From the NCBI RefSeq assembly GCF_001194135.2, contig NC_068981.1, positions 151,713,115 through 151,766,946 on the forward strand: DNA of 53,832 bases. The letters are read 5' to 3'. The notes under the pieces were generated by a model. It saw nothing but the letters and a program-made list of their open reading frames with translations, searched no databases and was not told where the DNA came from. Position numbers and translations under genes: made by a program. Shown one piece after another: positions 1 to 14,210 of the stretch. The first letter of the stretch is position 1, and each line of letters starts with the position of its first letter. This stretch comes from Octopus bimaculoides. Its lineage: Eukaryota.

Positions 1-1683
1 ATATATATATATATATATACAATTATGTGTACGCAAATATATATAACGAGCAATATCTCCCCTGATGACGTAAGAGTAATATGAATCATCTATGTACTGA
101 CACCGTTAACCTTAGCATTATGGTGCATGTGTGTGTGTATGACTGTGTATTTGCATGTATGTGTGTAAGGGTGTGTGCGCGTGTACAAGAGTATTTGGTG
201 ATTTGTAAAATGTTATAGGAGATCAAAGGATTAATTATTGGTCTTCGTTTATTTTTTTAGGAAAATATGATCATTACAATTCAGTTACAGATATATTAAC
301 TCGTAGCTTCTACAGATTCTTCAAAGAAGACGCTATACGTCATTAGGATAGCAGTTATTACTTCATATCGTGGACGCTATCTCGCTGTGGTCAATGCTCT
401 GAATCAATGATTCGCAAGCTGGAAACATGTAACAAACGACCCTACTGTTCATAAGTTTCATTACAAAATCGCAATTGTACGCATTTCTAGAACATAAATT
501 ATTAAACTGCATTCACATGAAGTACCCAATGTAATATTCTCATTGCTATGACTGCTTAATCCTAGGTTGTTCTTAAACGACCAAACTACGATCAAATATT
601 TTCTAGTCATGATTATCACATCGTTTTTAAAGTATATTGCTTATAGAACATATTATTCAATCCGATGTATCGAACTATATCTGAAACGATAAGGTATTTT
701 AATGAGATTTAACGAGTTTTTTTTAAGAGAAGGAAAAGACGCCCTGGAGACTCCACCATTGTTTGAAAAGTATTGTTAGTTTAGCAGTGTCAATATGCAA
801 ATATAAGATCATTTGATCAAGATATAGTAACTGCCAAAACATATATAAATAAGTAAATAAAATAAAAAGAGAAAAGTGATAAAGATGAAATTAGAAAATA
901 TGTTCATAGTTATATTCGTTCATTGGTGTCAAGGGGAAACAATGACTTCAAACAAACGGCACCTTAATAGGGGACCACAGATTCACAACTGCTCCTCCAT
1001 ATACTACATGGAAGTGGCGGTGCTGCAAATGTATAATATCTGCCTTGAAACGTCCGCCATCTATGATCAATGAAGATCATAACTGTCTACTAAACACCTC
1101 AAGAAGGGATGCACTCAGGTGAGGATTCAAGAGATTGCAAAAGCTCCCGTCTACACTACACGTCATGGGCTCCTGAACTATAGAAATTCTAATATGTCAT
1201 TGTTGCAAAATTGTAGATTACCCCAATCACCACAACGAAGACTATTTGTCCTCTAGTCCTAGTTGTTGGTGTATCAGTTATGCACCACACAGTTTTATCC
1301 GCGAGGGATGCATACTAAACTTGCACAAAAGAAATGAGAAATATCTTCGTGGATATCCTCCTCTTTCTCCTGTTCTTGCACAATACTGCCACCAGCAAGA
1401 TAAAGCTCGACAACTGAGCTTGTAAGCGGATGCATGACATTATCAAAGTGACTGCAGTACTAACTCACCTGGTATGTGTCCAAACCATAAAATGTTATTC
1501 TCAGATGTTTGCACTTCATTATGCTTTGTATCCCTGCATGACGGCATGTTGCCACTACATCATGTGAAGCTGTGGAAATAAAGCTTACTTATTTTTTCCT
1601 TACTTTATTTGAAGTATGAAATGGAACCATACTGCTAAACATAGACATATTAGATATGTATATGCACACATTATTAGATGGAC

Positions 1684-1686
<3 letters not shown>

Positions 1687-1780
<94 letters not shown>

Positions 1781-1962
1781 TTCCCCACTATCGCTTGACA
1801 ACTGATGTTGGTGTGCTTACGTCCCCGGTTCGGCAAAAGATGCCGATAGAATGCTTACAACGAATAAGTCCTGGACTCGATTTCTTCGATTAAAACCCTT
1901 TAAGGTAGTGTTTCAGCATGGCTACAGTCAAATGACTGAAACAAATAAAAGAATAAAAGATT
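1687..1962 (+). mobile_element. SINE family A, 3' half with expanded (GT)n
   Basis: tcgcttgacaactgatgttggtgtg...gatagaat...cagcatggctacagtcaaatgactgaaac. Confidence 0.75.
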
Positions 1963-2804
1963 AGAAGAAAAAACTCAATTTATCTAAAATGCAGAAATAG
2001 CGTAAAGCTTCGATAAAATAACGTTATATGAAATAATTTTATTTTGTGCCTTAACAACTACTGCATCAATATGCGTGAGTAATGAATAAACAAATGCATG
2101 AACACATGCTTATATGTACTTAGTCTTGTTGTGAAATTAGGCCTAACGGTGCCTTTCCGGCTGTTTAGTATAGAAATCGATTCGATCATCTTTATTGTTA
2201 GATAACAATTCCTGAGAATTCACTCTACCAAAGTCTTAGGGAGAAACTTATTCCGTATTTGGTGACTCGTATGCTCGTATACCTCCAGTAAACTGGCGGA
2301 ATCAGTAATTAAGTAGTGATCCTTTACTTCGGACAATGCTACTGTTATGCACACAATATTTCTAGAGCGCATCAGACAAAAAAATTATCCAACTGGCTGG
2401 TAATGACACGCTCACCAACACACTATATGCTCTGGCTGACACATGTTCTGATTTCTCCAAACATTTTACTCAATTATTTCTCTCCTTAAAGTCACCAACC
2501 AAATGTATTTCCTGCTGACAGTGACTGATAAATGATCAAGTTGAATATAAGCCACATCAATCTTCTCATCATTATGAAAGGTCATGGAAACAGCCTGTTG
2601 TCCTGACTAACACATGAAGAATGTAAAACTGATCGTGTGACCAAGCTAGGAACCAAATAAATCATTCCTAGTTACTGGTAAACAGACTGTCATAAATATA
2701 TTAGCTCTCTTTTTCTCTCTTCCTCCTTTTTTCCTTCTTCCTTCTTCCCTACACACAAACTCTCTCTTTCCCTCTCTCTTTCCCTCTCTCTTTCCCTCTC
2801 TCTT

Positions 2805-2865
<61 letters not shown>

Positions 2866-2910
2866 GACACACACACACAAACACACATATATATAAACCC
2901 GTATTCAATG

Positions 2911-3115
2911 TACGAGGCAGTATCAAAGTGTTCCCAGACTAGTTCTGCAGCGCGTCAACAAATGGCAGCACACGGTTGCGTGCGCAGTGGATGCTGAGGC
3001 CTGTGTATCGCTGTGCAAGGTGACTATTTCGAGGAAGATAATGTTAAAACTTAGGTAAATAAGGTATCTTTTATTAAACATAACTATCCTTGGAACGTTT
3101 TTATACAACCTCGTT
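2911..3115 (+). mobile_element. Mariner-derived MITE
   Basis: TIRs tacgaggcagtatcaaagtgttcc / ggaacgtttttatacaacctcgt; internal CIAVQGDYFEED is a mariner C-terminus. Confidence 0.7.
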
Positions 3116-3187
3116 TCTAATAAAGGAGATATGTTCTGTGGTATATTTATTTATATTCTCGTCTCTTTTCTGTATATGTATACGTGT

Positions 3188-3592
3188 AGGTGTAGGCGTG
3201 GCTGTATGGTAAGAAATTTGCTTCTCAGTCACATGGTTCTGGGATCAGTACCACAATGTGGCACCTTGAGCAAGTGTCTTCTCTTATAGCCTCGGGCCGA
3301 CCAAAGTCTTCTGAATTGATTTGGTAGACGGAAACTGAAAGAAGCCTGTCGTATATGAGTGTGTAGGTTTCTTTGTGTCTGTGTCTGTCCTGCACCACTC
3401 TTTGACAACCGGAGTTAGTTTGTTTCCATCCCCGCAATTTAGCGGCTCGGTAAAAAAAAAAGCCGATAGAATAAGTACCAGATTTTAAAACCATAAACTC
3501 TGGGGTCGATTTGCTCGACTAAAGGTTTCAAGGTAGTGACCCAGCATGGCCAAAGTACAGTGAGTGAAAGATGTAGAAGATAAAACAAAAGA
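3188..3592 (+). mobile_element. tRNA-derived SINE, family A (working label), near full length
   Basis: tRNA-like head ggcgtggctgtatggtaag; body ggcaccttgagcaagtgtctt...gacggaaactgaaagaagcc; internal (GT) tract; tail gatagaataagtacc...ggggtcgatttgctcgactaaagg. Confidence 0.8.
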
Positions 3593-3599
3593 CGTGTGT

Positions 3600-3668
<69 letters not shown>

Positions 3669-6600
3669 CGCGCGTGTGCGTGAGTGTGCGCGTGTGCATC
3701 TGTGTGTGTGTGTGTGTGAGAGAGAGAGAAAGAGATCCACTGCATAATGTAATGAACACTTTTTGATATTAGAAAACGTCATCTAATTTTACATGCAAGT
3801 TAACAATCTTCTAGAAACAGGTTTTGTATTTACACAGATGTTGCTGAAAGACTGGAGAATTTTTAATGTAAGCTTTGTTCAGGTAGCAGATGACTTTGAA
3901 GTGAGATTTACTTTGTGTAAAATACATAGTAAATAAGAAAAAGAATATTAACACCAGAATTTACTTAAGTAAACCAGTTTTAAAGGATTAATATTAAATT
4001 TAGATGTAAAATCTAGAGGTTAAGAAGAATGAACTGTGTAATTTTGTAGCTAAAATTTTCCATTGCAATACCATTGATATAAATAGAATTATATTTAATT
4101 CAAAAAGGTCAAATCTTCAAACTATGCTTAATGTAGTTTCTATTTCAAGCTAAAGGAAAGATGCATTAAAGGACAATAATTTGAGAGGGGGAGCTCAAAA
4201 CAAGATAGATTTCAACCGAAAACAAGGAAAATTGCAAGTATATCTTTTTAATACTTGGAATTTAGAGCAAGATGGCAAAATAATACGAAGTTTTGTAATG
4301 CTATAATTGAAATGACAAAATATCGTACATCTTTATTCTATTTTCTCCCTTCTCATCGAAGATATATATTTTTCTTTCTTTTGCTTAATTATTGATATTT
4401 TAAAAATATAATTAGTAATTAATTAAAGAAATTGAAAATCTATAATTAATAGAATATCATAGGAAAAACAAGTATATTGACAAAATTGCTCTACAGAAAA
4501 CATTGTGAAATGGCAGATGTGATAATAACAATAAATATTTTTCTTCGTGTAGCGAGTATCAAATGCAGAAGTGACAAGTAGGTAAAACTGCAGCTTGGGT
4601 TTCATTTCCTGTTAACTGTCAATTTACAAATTTTCTTCGGGGGAAGATTATCTAAACTGAATTCTATTCACCTCCATTGTGTAAGGAATCCCCTGTATAA
4701 TAATTTCATTTTCGGAAACATTTGAACATCTCAATATCTTTCAAAACAATGCCTCAGTTTCTGTATAAATATGAAAAATGAATATTTTGATCACCTATTT
4801 GTAAGTTATATTTTAGCAATATTTTGTTTTAACTGCTTAAAACTGTTTGGTTAGAAATAAGTTATATTTTGAGTAAAATGGGTAAATAGATAAAGAAATA
4901 GATAAATTATAGTTTAATTAAATAAAAAGTTTCAAGAGATTGATACATAATTTAGGTGTCAAATGTAGACTTTGGAAGGAGTAATTTGTATCTGATCTTG
5001 TGGATAGAATTTACAGTTCCAATAACATTGATGAAAATATATAAGCAGAATTACCATCATCGTGGGTTTTCTCAACCATGCTTGTTATCTCGCTTACTTC
5101 AATTGCTCTCGTTTGTCTGCCTCTAACATCAGCACTTAGGTGAGTGTAGAGATCCAGATTTCATCGAAACATTCGATAACATGCTAGATATGAGATTGCT
5201 TATGATTTTCATTGGCGGTGGTGATAACCTTTTCCAGGCATTTCTTGTGTTACTCGTTTTTACTGTCAAAAATATTCATAGCTAAGATATCAGAAATTTT
5301 TCCATCATTTTTACTCCTCTGCGACAGTTACGAACTACTTTGTTTGCATATTGCAAACTCTCTTTTGTACCTTTCATTAAAACGTTTCCTTGTTGCAAGT
5401 TCAGGATAAAACATGATCTTTGAGAGTTGTTTAATGTCGATCCTTTGAATATGATCAATCTAGCCTGATGACTAACAACTTGATGCTTGCCATTTCTGAT
5501 TGTTCAAGGACGTAGGTGTTAGTATTCTGTTGTCAGTTAGTACCAATAAATAAACGAAGTTTTGATTGATAGATCCGTTCAGGTTGTTCAATGTGACGTC
5601 TATTAGGATTCTGTTTCTCAGAAGAATAAAGTGCTGATAAAGACTACTCAGTTTATGGACAGCAGCTTAGAGGTAGATTAGAGTCCATAATTCTTGAAGA
5701 TAAGGCTTTCCATTAGCAGCATGGACCGTTCGTAAATTGTCATTGATTTCGTTACTGATAATTGCATTTGGAACCAAGGTTTCGAAAGATATATTCGATA
5801 AATGGAATTTTATTTGGGCTTTAAAAAAGCTGGGACGGCTAAATATTCGAAACGAAAGACAAAATATATCTTATATTTCAAGCTAAAGGGGAAAATGCAT
5901 AAGATTATGATGGTTTCGGCAGAGGAAGTCTTCTAGCCAGAATGTATTTCATTATATTATAAACATATTCTATGATATTTATTAACTTTTACTCTGTATA
6001 TTTACTTGATACGTTTCCCCAGTTTATTTAATCAGATTCATTCTGGCACACAGAAATTGTTGTATATTCCGGGTGTGCTAGATGTGCGCTGCACACCCAT
6101 CGAAATTGGCAAATCATTAGTTTAATCACAAATCATAATGGAAAACCTTTGTTATATCCCTGCTTGATATCTAGTGGCATTGGGTGTTGCAGCACACCCA
6201 GTACAGCAACTACCATACCCCACTGGTTTTTATGCCTTCAAGCAATAACTTTGCTTAATATTCACATTTAAATTCAAATAAAAATAACACTATAGTGTAA
6301 CATATGTCAATTAAATATTCACGCATCCTTACGTATAATTATACAAAATGTAATGTAAGCAAGTAGAAACGTTAAGTTTACAATGCATTATTTTTCATTA
6401 AGCGTAACACTTCTTGAAAGCAGAGTGTGTATAGAGCGCAGGTACAGTTGTGTGGTAAAGAAGCCCTATAAGGCAAATTTGGTAAACGGAAGCTGTATGG
6501 AAGCTCATTGAAGAAACCTATCCTGTTCTTGAGTGTTAAACTAAATTCGTCATCTAGTCTAGCAACACTTCCACCTGGCTTTTCGGTGCCTTTATCAGAG

Positions 6601-7464
6601 TCTATTATGAAGCAAGTACTATGGTCAAATCTCTGGCTGGGGATAACTTCCATCCTTTCTCCTACTCCTTATCTTTCTTGCCTGACTAACGTCGTTCAAA
6701 GAAATATTGACTGCTGCTTCAATCATAAAACTGCTTCTCGTTTTACTGGAATACAATAGAAAGTAGATACGTGGTTTGTAATACAGAAAACTGAGGTACA
6801 CTTTCGTAAATATTGTTAAACATCAAGTCATACGTCTTGTCAAATATGTTGATTGCCTTGTCCAAGTTGATTGCCTTTTAACTCGCTGCTATTTTGCGGG
6901 GCCAATGTGCAAAAAAAGATATGAGACGTTGTATTATCTTATTTCCCAGCGTTATCTTCTTTTTAGATGGTTAACTTGAAAAAAGATAAACATCTTTTTT
7001 ACTTCCTGTGTTATAAAGTAACAGTCGATTCATAACAACCAAAGGTGGTGTGCAAATATTTGATAGTAAATATAACACCTTTATCACATTTCTTTCTTTC
7101 AACAAATTTGATTATAAAATTTCTTCGTGAAAAGAAAATCTTGAACAGATACTACAAGCACAAAGTGTTGGCGGCAAGGATAAAATTCAAGATGGTAATC
7201 TTAAATTGCCTTTCATGTGATATTATCCTTCGGCATCAACTACTTAAGATAATAAAAATATTTGATTTGAAATTCTTTTTTAGTTATCGTTAAGAATAAT
7301 TTGATGTTGGGGAAATGTAGAAGCATAATATTTTGGCGATAAACATATATTCAGAGAAAAATACACAACAGCACAAATGTTATATAACACATAAACACAG
7401 ACGTACACACGCTCGCGCACACAGATATGCATATTATTTTATTGTTTTACTTTTTCTATTCACT

Positions 7465-7664
7465 AGACAGAAGCCATGCTGAGGCACCGCGTTGAAGGTT
7501 TTAGTCGTAAAAATCGACCTCAGTACGTTTTTGTTTTTCGAATGCCTAGTATTTATTCTGTCAGCCTCGTTTTGCAGGACCACTTGGTTATAGGGACGTA
7601 AGGAAACCAATATTTGTTGTCAAGCGATGGTGGGCAACAAACACAAACACAGAGACTCACACAG
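7465..7664 (-). mobile_element. SINE family A, 3' half
   Basis: Reverse complement matches the family A tail (ccatgctg..gcaccgc, ttgtcaagcgatgg). Confidence 0.65.
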
Positions 7665-7704
7665 ATACATACATACATACATACATACATACATACATAC
7701 ATAC

Positions 7705-10410
7705 CACCACAGATGAAACTAACAATGTCACCATCGATGAAAATAGAACTACTTCACCAATAAGTTATTTAAGAAGACGTAAGTCCTCTTCTCATTTTAC
7801 TTGGACTCAACAACTAAACCAAGATTTACTTCGGTGCTATGAAAAAACTCGGGATGACCCTTCTATCGGATATATGAAGCGGTTAAAACAATACTGGAAT
7901 GAAGCTCATCCCAACTTAAATACCTTCACGACGACACAGTTGTAAAAAAAAAATCAACTGGCCCTAGATCCTCCCAAAACACTGAAAATGGGTCAAATTC
8001 TGCCAGAAGCGGCATAAAAAATAATGTAAATAAACCACAGTTCCCGCCATCCCTAAATTCGAGTGTGTCTCCAAATTTAGCTGACTCAGTAGTGAAGACT
8101 ACATCCAACTCAAAAACATTTTAAAATTACAATTTGCAAAAGAATTTGTTACTTTCTCGAAGCTTTCGTTTAGCAACAGACTATTCCCAACACGAGTGAG
8201 AAAAAATTCAACCGATCTAATTTTTAAGGTTATCAACGATGTTATTGGAAAGCACATGGAGTCATGTGATGTTAATTACTGGAATATTAATACTCTTATA
8301 TACACAGCCGCTATTACTCTTAAAGAACACCGAGGAGAAATCTACAGTGGATTAAGTAATGAAATTACTAAACGGAAACAATCTAGATGGAAAACAAAAC
8401 TTGAAGAAAACACCAACAACGTGAACCACCATATTGGATGGTTAACTACAACAATAAAATGTAAGGAGAAAAATGAGCTTACACCTCATCAACTCTACTT
8501 TAGATACAAAAATTAATGAAACTGTATGGTAATTCTTCACACCGAGCTCCTGAGAAGAAGCTAATCACTTTAAAACACGAACTCAGGACGATGAGCGAGA
8601 AACACCGCAATCGCCAGCGAATTTTTGAGCGAGCCAGCATTAATCGTAAGTTTACTTCGAACCCACAAGCACGATACAGAGAGATGAGGAAGGAAAATAT
8701 TTCCATTAAGAAAGCTCCCTCCCAAGAAAATCTACAATCATTCTGGTCAAAAATTTGGAACGAAAATAGGGATTTCCACCTGAATGCATTATGGTTAAAT
8801 ACAATTGAGAGCGAATACTGTACCAACACTAACAGTAAAACATACAAAATTGATGCAAAAACCGTCGTTATAGCAGTAGGCAAAGTGCAGAATAGGAAGG
8901 CGCCTGGAAGGGACCTAATAGTTAGATATTGGTACAAGCTGACATTTTATAGAAACCAGTTGATATCTATGTTCAAAAGGATTATGGAAGGTCAGACTGA
9001 TATATTAAACTGGCTTGCTACATCAAGGACAAATCTTGTTGCCTAAGATGAAATCACCGAGATGGCAGGAAACTACAAGCCCATTGCTTGCTTAAACATT
9101 ATGCACAAACTGTACACAAGTTGCCTCAACCAATTCCTCCTGGACCATTGTGAGTCGAACAACATCATGACTGAAGAACAGTCTGATGGAAAGAATGGAT
9201 TGTGCGGGTATGCCGAACAACTTTTAATAAACAAAGCTGTACTGTCTGACATAAGATAACAACGCAGAAACCATGTGACAGTATGGTTTGACTATAAGAA
9301 GGCATTCGACTCTATCCCTCCTTCATGGCTGTTGAAGTGTCTACATCTGGCATAGGTACCTACTACCTTAATTGTTGCCATAGAGAGACTCACATGGGCA
9401 GCTATTCTTACCCTTACAGCTGAGAACAGAATAATTGTTTCTAATAGTATAGGCATTAAAAAGGGAATATTCCAGGGGGATAGTCTTTCTGTACTTCTTT
9501 TCATTTTGGCACTGAATCCAAAGAGATATTTATATCTGCAGGGCAGCTAACCTCTTTGATGGTACATAGATTTGCCCCTCCGTCCCAAACAACAATATCC
9601 GGCCTTTGACAGAGGTTTTAATGAGAATATTCAACCAGTATTCACATCACATTTTGAAGGCTATGAGTTTGCAATCCAGGAACAGGAGATTTCTACAAAG
9701 TATCTGGTGAACAAGAGAGACAGTGATGCTCTTGTAATCCCAAGGTGCAACTGCATGTGTAGGCTATGTTATGTTTCTGTGGAAGACATTACGCATATGA
9801 TTAGCAGCTGTTCTAAAACCTCGTCATGGTACTGCCACCCTGTGTGGCACGATGTTGTTGCTCCAACAATTTAAAATGCCATCCGCAAAAAAGACTGTCC
9901 TGAAATAAACTTAGAAAATCTTTCTGTTATGGAATATATTCATAAACACCAATTCAAGGAATGCTGGTTGAATATTTTCATCAAAATCTCTGTCAAAGGC
10001 CGGATATTGTCGTTTGGGACGGAGGGGCAAAGCTATGTACCATCAAAGAGGTTAGCTGCCCTGCAGATATAAATATCTCTTTGAAAATTGAAGTATATCT
10101 ATGGACAACTGCCTCGAAACCTCCACCTTCTATATCCAGGTTATGAATTCATACTCATACCAATAATAATTGGAGCACTAGGCTTTGTTTGTAAATGCTC
10201 ATAGGAGAATCTGAATAAACTGGGATTTTTAGAAAGAGAAATTCACCGGCTTATTCGTACATTACCAGTCCAATCTGTGAATGGAACAATAAAAATATGC
10301 AAGACTTTTCTTAAGTTCCAAATGTGAATTTCTCTGTGTTCACTACATCCCAAAGATGGATCCTTGTATCTCCGCAGTGGAAGATTTATAATTATTAAAA
10401 AGTAGAAGAG
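7705..10410 (+). mobile_element. R4/Dong-clade non-LTR retrotransposon (RT + RLE), decayed, internally deleted; copy 1 of the (ACAT)n-associated family
   Basis: N-terminal Myb-like WTQQLNQDLLRCYEK...GYMKRLKQYWNEAHP. RT motifs KAPGRD, NYKPIACL, WFDYKKAFDSIP, GIFQGDSLS. CCHC finger CRLC...HMISSC and RLE RPDIVVWD...EVSCP. Many stops and frameshifts; the YxDD/thumb region is deleted near 9520. (ACAT)n on both sides. Confidence 0.9.
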
Positions 10411-10539
10411 ACATACATACATACATACAAAAAAACCTTATTGTTGATGCTGAAATTCCAGTGAAGAAGCCTTGGATCTAGGTTAGAAACTGACTCTTTC
10501 TCTATTGACGAGAAATCTGGAAATAAAACTGAATAATGA

Positions 10540-10575
10540 TATACATACATATATGTATGTATGTATGTATGTATG

Positions 10576-10651
<76 letters not shown>
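10540..10651. repeat. Compound microsatellite (ATGT)n>(ATCT)n>(CT)n>(AT)n
   Basis: Read directly. Confidence 0.95.
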
Positions 10652-12159
10652 NNNNNNNNNNNNNNNNNNNNNNNNNNNNNNNNNNNNNNNNNNNNNNNNN
10701 NNNNNNNNNNNNNNNNNNNNNNNNNNNNNNNNNNNNNNNNNNNNNNNNNNNATATAAAGCTGAAGTTGTGTGTCTGTATGAAGCCTTTTTAAAAGTTTAT
10801 AGAAATCCACATTTTCCACTTTTTCGTAAAATTTTTTACATCAATGGAATTTTCTCGATGTGAACTTTCCAGTGCAGTAATTAGATTTTTTAAATTCCGT
10901 TTACTTTGTGTGATTTAAGGGAGATTCGGCATTTATTTCTAGCAACTTTTATATTTATTCCATTCTATTTATATCGGCGTTCTTACACACCGATCACGCG
11001 CTCAGTTTAGTACTATTCTTCCCTTTCTATTCTTTCCTTCTATCTATCAGCATCACTGTTCTTTCTTCCAAGGAATCTGGGGCTCTTAGCTTCCGTTTGC
11101 CGAAGCTGCAATGGTAATTTGTAATACCCCATTTCACTCGTTCATATTTTCGTTACATTGTCTGCTTGCATGTTCAGCGTCCTTGTCTCCTCTTAGTATT
11201 TTTTACATAATTTTCATAACATAGAAACGTAAAAACACACACAACCACACATACGTGATCTGTGACAACAACATACACATAAATACATGCACACGTCAAT
11301 ATTATAGATATAAGATTTAGTTTGTGTGTGATTCTTATATAAACACGTGCACGCATTGCTATTTTATAACTGTCTTCCGTTCTCCCCTCCTCTCTATCTC
11401 TCTCTTCATTGTTCCCGTTCTCTATTCCTTTCTCCCCTTCTCTCTCTTCCTCTCTCCCTCTTCTCTCTTGCTCTCTCAAACACACACACACGCACGTACA
11501 CGCACGCATTCACAACAATATAACTAGATCTTACTACATGTTCGTCAATGTTTTGTAAATATACAAACTACGGAGCTTATGTTGATAGGACAACACATTG
11601 TAAATCAGTGAACTTCATTAGAAATGTGAAGACTACCTACTCTGCCATCTGTTATAACTTTTTGTTGTTCTGTTTAATATGTACATAGATTATGCCTCCA
11701 AAGAAGAGAGTTTGCTTGGGAAAGAAAGCAGCCGGTTTAAAAAGACAGCAACAGATTGCAGCAATTCACCACATTCCAGAAGCTACTTTGAACTGCATCA
11801 ACATTTACTGCCCAATTTGATAGAATTCTGGCAGAATTGTGTAGCAGCAGATCGCCAGCAATTGCTTCATCAGAAATTGACGTCCTAGCTCCTGCGAAAA
11901 GGGATTACCCTGCTATGTATAATCAGGGCAGCGCAAAAAGTTGTTTTGCTCAAGCATTTGTATAGTCAATTAGACGGATGAAATTTACGTACGCTTAATA
12001 ATGTTACGCAAAACAGCCTTCAGACTTTCCCTATTAATTTCATCGTCTTTTGAATTATGATCATATTTACATCATAAGGGTTTCTTTTGTAGTTGATTTT
12101 CACTTAGCAAGACTTATCGTAATAAGTCACACCCGGACAACGTCGGGTTATGCTGCTAG
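10632..12159 (+). mobile_element. Non-autonomous Helitron
   Basis: 5' TC(TA)n...ATAAAGCTGAAG (spans the 100-N gap). 3' hairpin cccggacaacgtcggg at 12132-12147, then CTAG (12156-12159) followed by T. Internal remnant ORF MPPKKRVCLGKK at 11692-11820. Confidence 0.8.
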
Positions 12160-12205
12160 TATATGAATATAAATATGTATGTATGCATATATATGTATGT
12201 ATATA

Positions 12206-12364
12206 ACGCAGGCATCTTTAAAGTTTTGTCTACCATATCCATTCACATGGTTTTGGTAGGCCCGAGGTTATAGTAGAAGACACTCGCCCAAGGTTTCACA
12301 CAATGGGACTGACTGAGCTTGGAACCACAGGTTTGACAGAAAACTTTTTACTACGCAGCGAAGC
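12206..12364 (-). mobile_element. SINE family A, 5' half
   Basis: tctaccatatcc...ggcccgaggttatagtagaagacactcgcccaagg is the reverse complement of the family A body. Confidence 0.65.
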
Positions 12365-12842
12365 TATATCTATTTAAAATGCTATTCAGATTTCTTGTTC
12401 CTATGGTGAATGAAACTTGTATATATTCAATCGATTTTATTCAGTTAAATTCATAATGAAAATAATTTTGCACGAATTCCAAGTTCCCTACATGGTCGTA
12501 TAAACAACGTCTAAATAGGAATGAAGTTTTTAAAATCTATTAAACTGAAGTATAAGGAGACGCTATAGGAATTTTATGAAAATATCTATAGAACAGCAGC
12601 GGAAGATGAAATTCTATGAAAGATTTCTTTGCTAAAATCCGTATGAAAACGTCATGGGGGAATTCCATTGAATGGAAAGATGTTAAAAGAAGCAGAGATA
12701 AAATTGTTTTAATACCAATATATCTATTATATATATTGAAGATATAAATGTCATATTTTTGGAAGCTAAATACGGGTCTGAAATGGATTGTGATGCACTT
12801 GCATACACGCATGTGCCCTCTTGCATACATGCGTACTCGCGC

Positions 12843-12885
<43 letters not shown>

Positions 12886-12999
12886 TACATACACATATAT
12901 ATTTTATTTGTGTGTATATATGTTTGTTTGTGTGTGTGTGTGTGTGTATGTATGTGCGTGTGTGTGCGTGTTTGTATGTGTGTGTGTTTGTGTGTATAC

Positions 13000-13209
13000 A
13001 CGCAGCGTGTTGAAAAGTTCCTGGCTTTAAGGGTATTGCGAAAGGCCTGGTTGGAGGCCCAACCTTCCTAGTTCCTTTATAGAGCTTAGAAAAACTGAAG
13101 GACCGCTGCAATAAGTGTGTCAATCTGAGAAGAGAATGTGTTGAATAAAATCATAATTAGCTGATCATCTTTTACCGAAAACCAGGAACCTTTCAGCACA
13201 CCCTCATGT
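13000..13209 (+). mobile_element. Mariner-derived MITE
   Basis: TIRs tgttgaaaagttcctgg / ccaggaacctttcagca; internal LEKLKDRCNKCVNLR.ECVE* is a mariner C-terminus. Confidence 0.75.
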
Positions 13210-13230
13210 GTGGATGTATATAAATGTGTG

Positions 13231-13438
13231 TGTATGTATGTATGTATGTATGTATGTATGTATGTATGTATGTATGTAGGTAGGTAGGTATGTAGGTAGG
13301 TAGGTAGGTAGGTAGGTAGGTAGGTAAGGTAGGTAAGTAGGTAGGTAGGTAGGTAGGTAGGTAGGTAGGTAGGTAGGTAGGTAAGTAGGTAAGTAGGTAG
13401 GTAGGTAGGTAGGTAGGTAGGTAGGTAGGTAGGTAGGT
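13231..13438. repeat. Compound microsatellite (ATGT)n>(AGGT)n
   Basis: Read directly. Confidence 0.95.
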
Positions 13439-14100
13439 ATTTCGCTTTTTTAAATTTATTTTGCATGAATTTTCATCTAAAACTGCGCGATGAAACTAAT
13501 ATTGGTAATTTTTTAAAAGTTAAATTATTAAAGCTTATGAACTTACACACTGTATTTCTTTTCCACTCCTACTATCAAAATTCGCCATAATATTTGTATG
13601 ATCTTCTCAATAAGTATATATTTTCAAATAATTTAGAATTCTAAATTTCTTCCATCGTATACTTGTATTACTGCTGTGCAGAGTTACCTTTAAGGTGGCG
13701 TTGTTACACCAGTTCTTCTTTCAATTCATTGTGTGTGAGGTCAGCATCTGCTTTTCGTATTTGAACAATGACCCTAGCCAGTCTTAGTGTTGTTTCTTCT
13801 GTGTATCTGGACAGAATTTTAACTTCGACACTTTTATTTATTCTACTGTAATTCTCTAAGGCATGTTTGTAGAATATAGGTGTTTGTTTCTTTACATTTT
13901 ATTCTCATCTTGCACCCTGTTACTGAAATTTGGGCGTTTCTATCATGTAGGTTTTGGTAATCTCCTTAAATTGTCCTTATTTGCATCTCATACTTACCTG
14001 GAATTAGAAGCTGTAATTCCAGTTGTTCTTCGATGTTACACCCAGAAGTAAGCTATCTAACATAGGAAAGCACGTCATGACACTACTCTTAAAATCACCA

Positions 14101-14210
14101 ATATCATCATCATCTTCATTTAACGTCTGTTGTTCATACTGGCATGTGTTAGACTGTTTGACCAGTGCTGGTAAGCCGAGGGGCTACTCCAAACTCCAGT
14201 CTGATTTGGC
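14101..14210 (-). mobile_element. RTE-type 3' tail fragment with (GAT)n
   Basis: atcatcatcatc..tttaacgtc....catactggcatg.gttagac; recalled as a common RTE-derived tail. Confidence 0.45.

Noticed and set aside
61-95. HHR-like cctgatgacgtaagagtaatatgaat
   Set aside because: GAAA core broken and stems I and III not identifiable; too weak.
876-1590. Moderate-GC block that looks like decayed coding sequence
   Set aside because: Stops in all frames I tried and no motif I can name; needs tBLASTx. The same applies to 5060-5700, 13560-14050 and 16800-17270.
10459-10500. HHR-like gtgaagaagcc...aggttagaaac
   Set aside because: C3 missing, extra base before GAAA, and no stem I or III.
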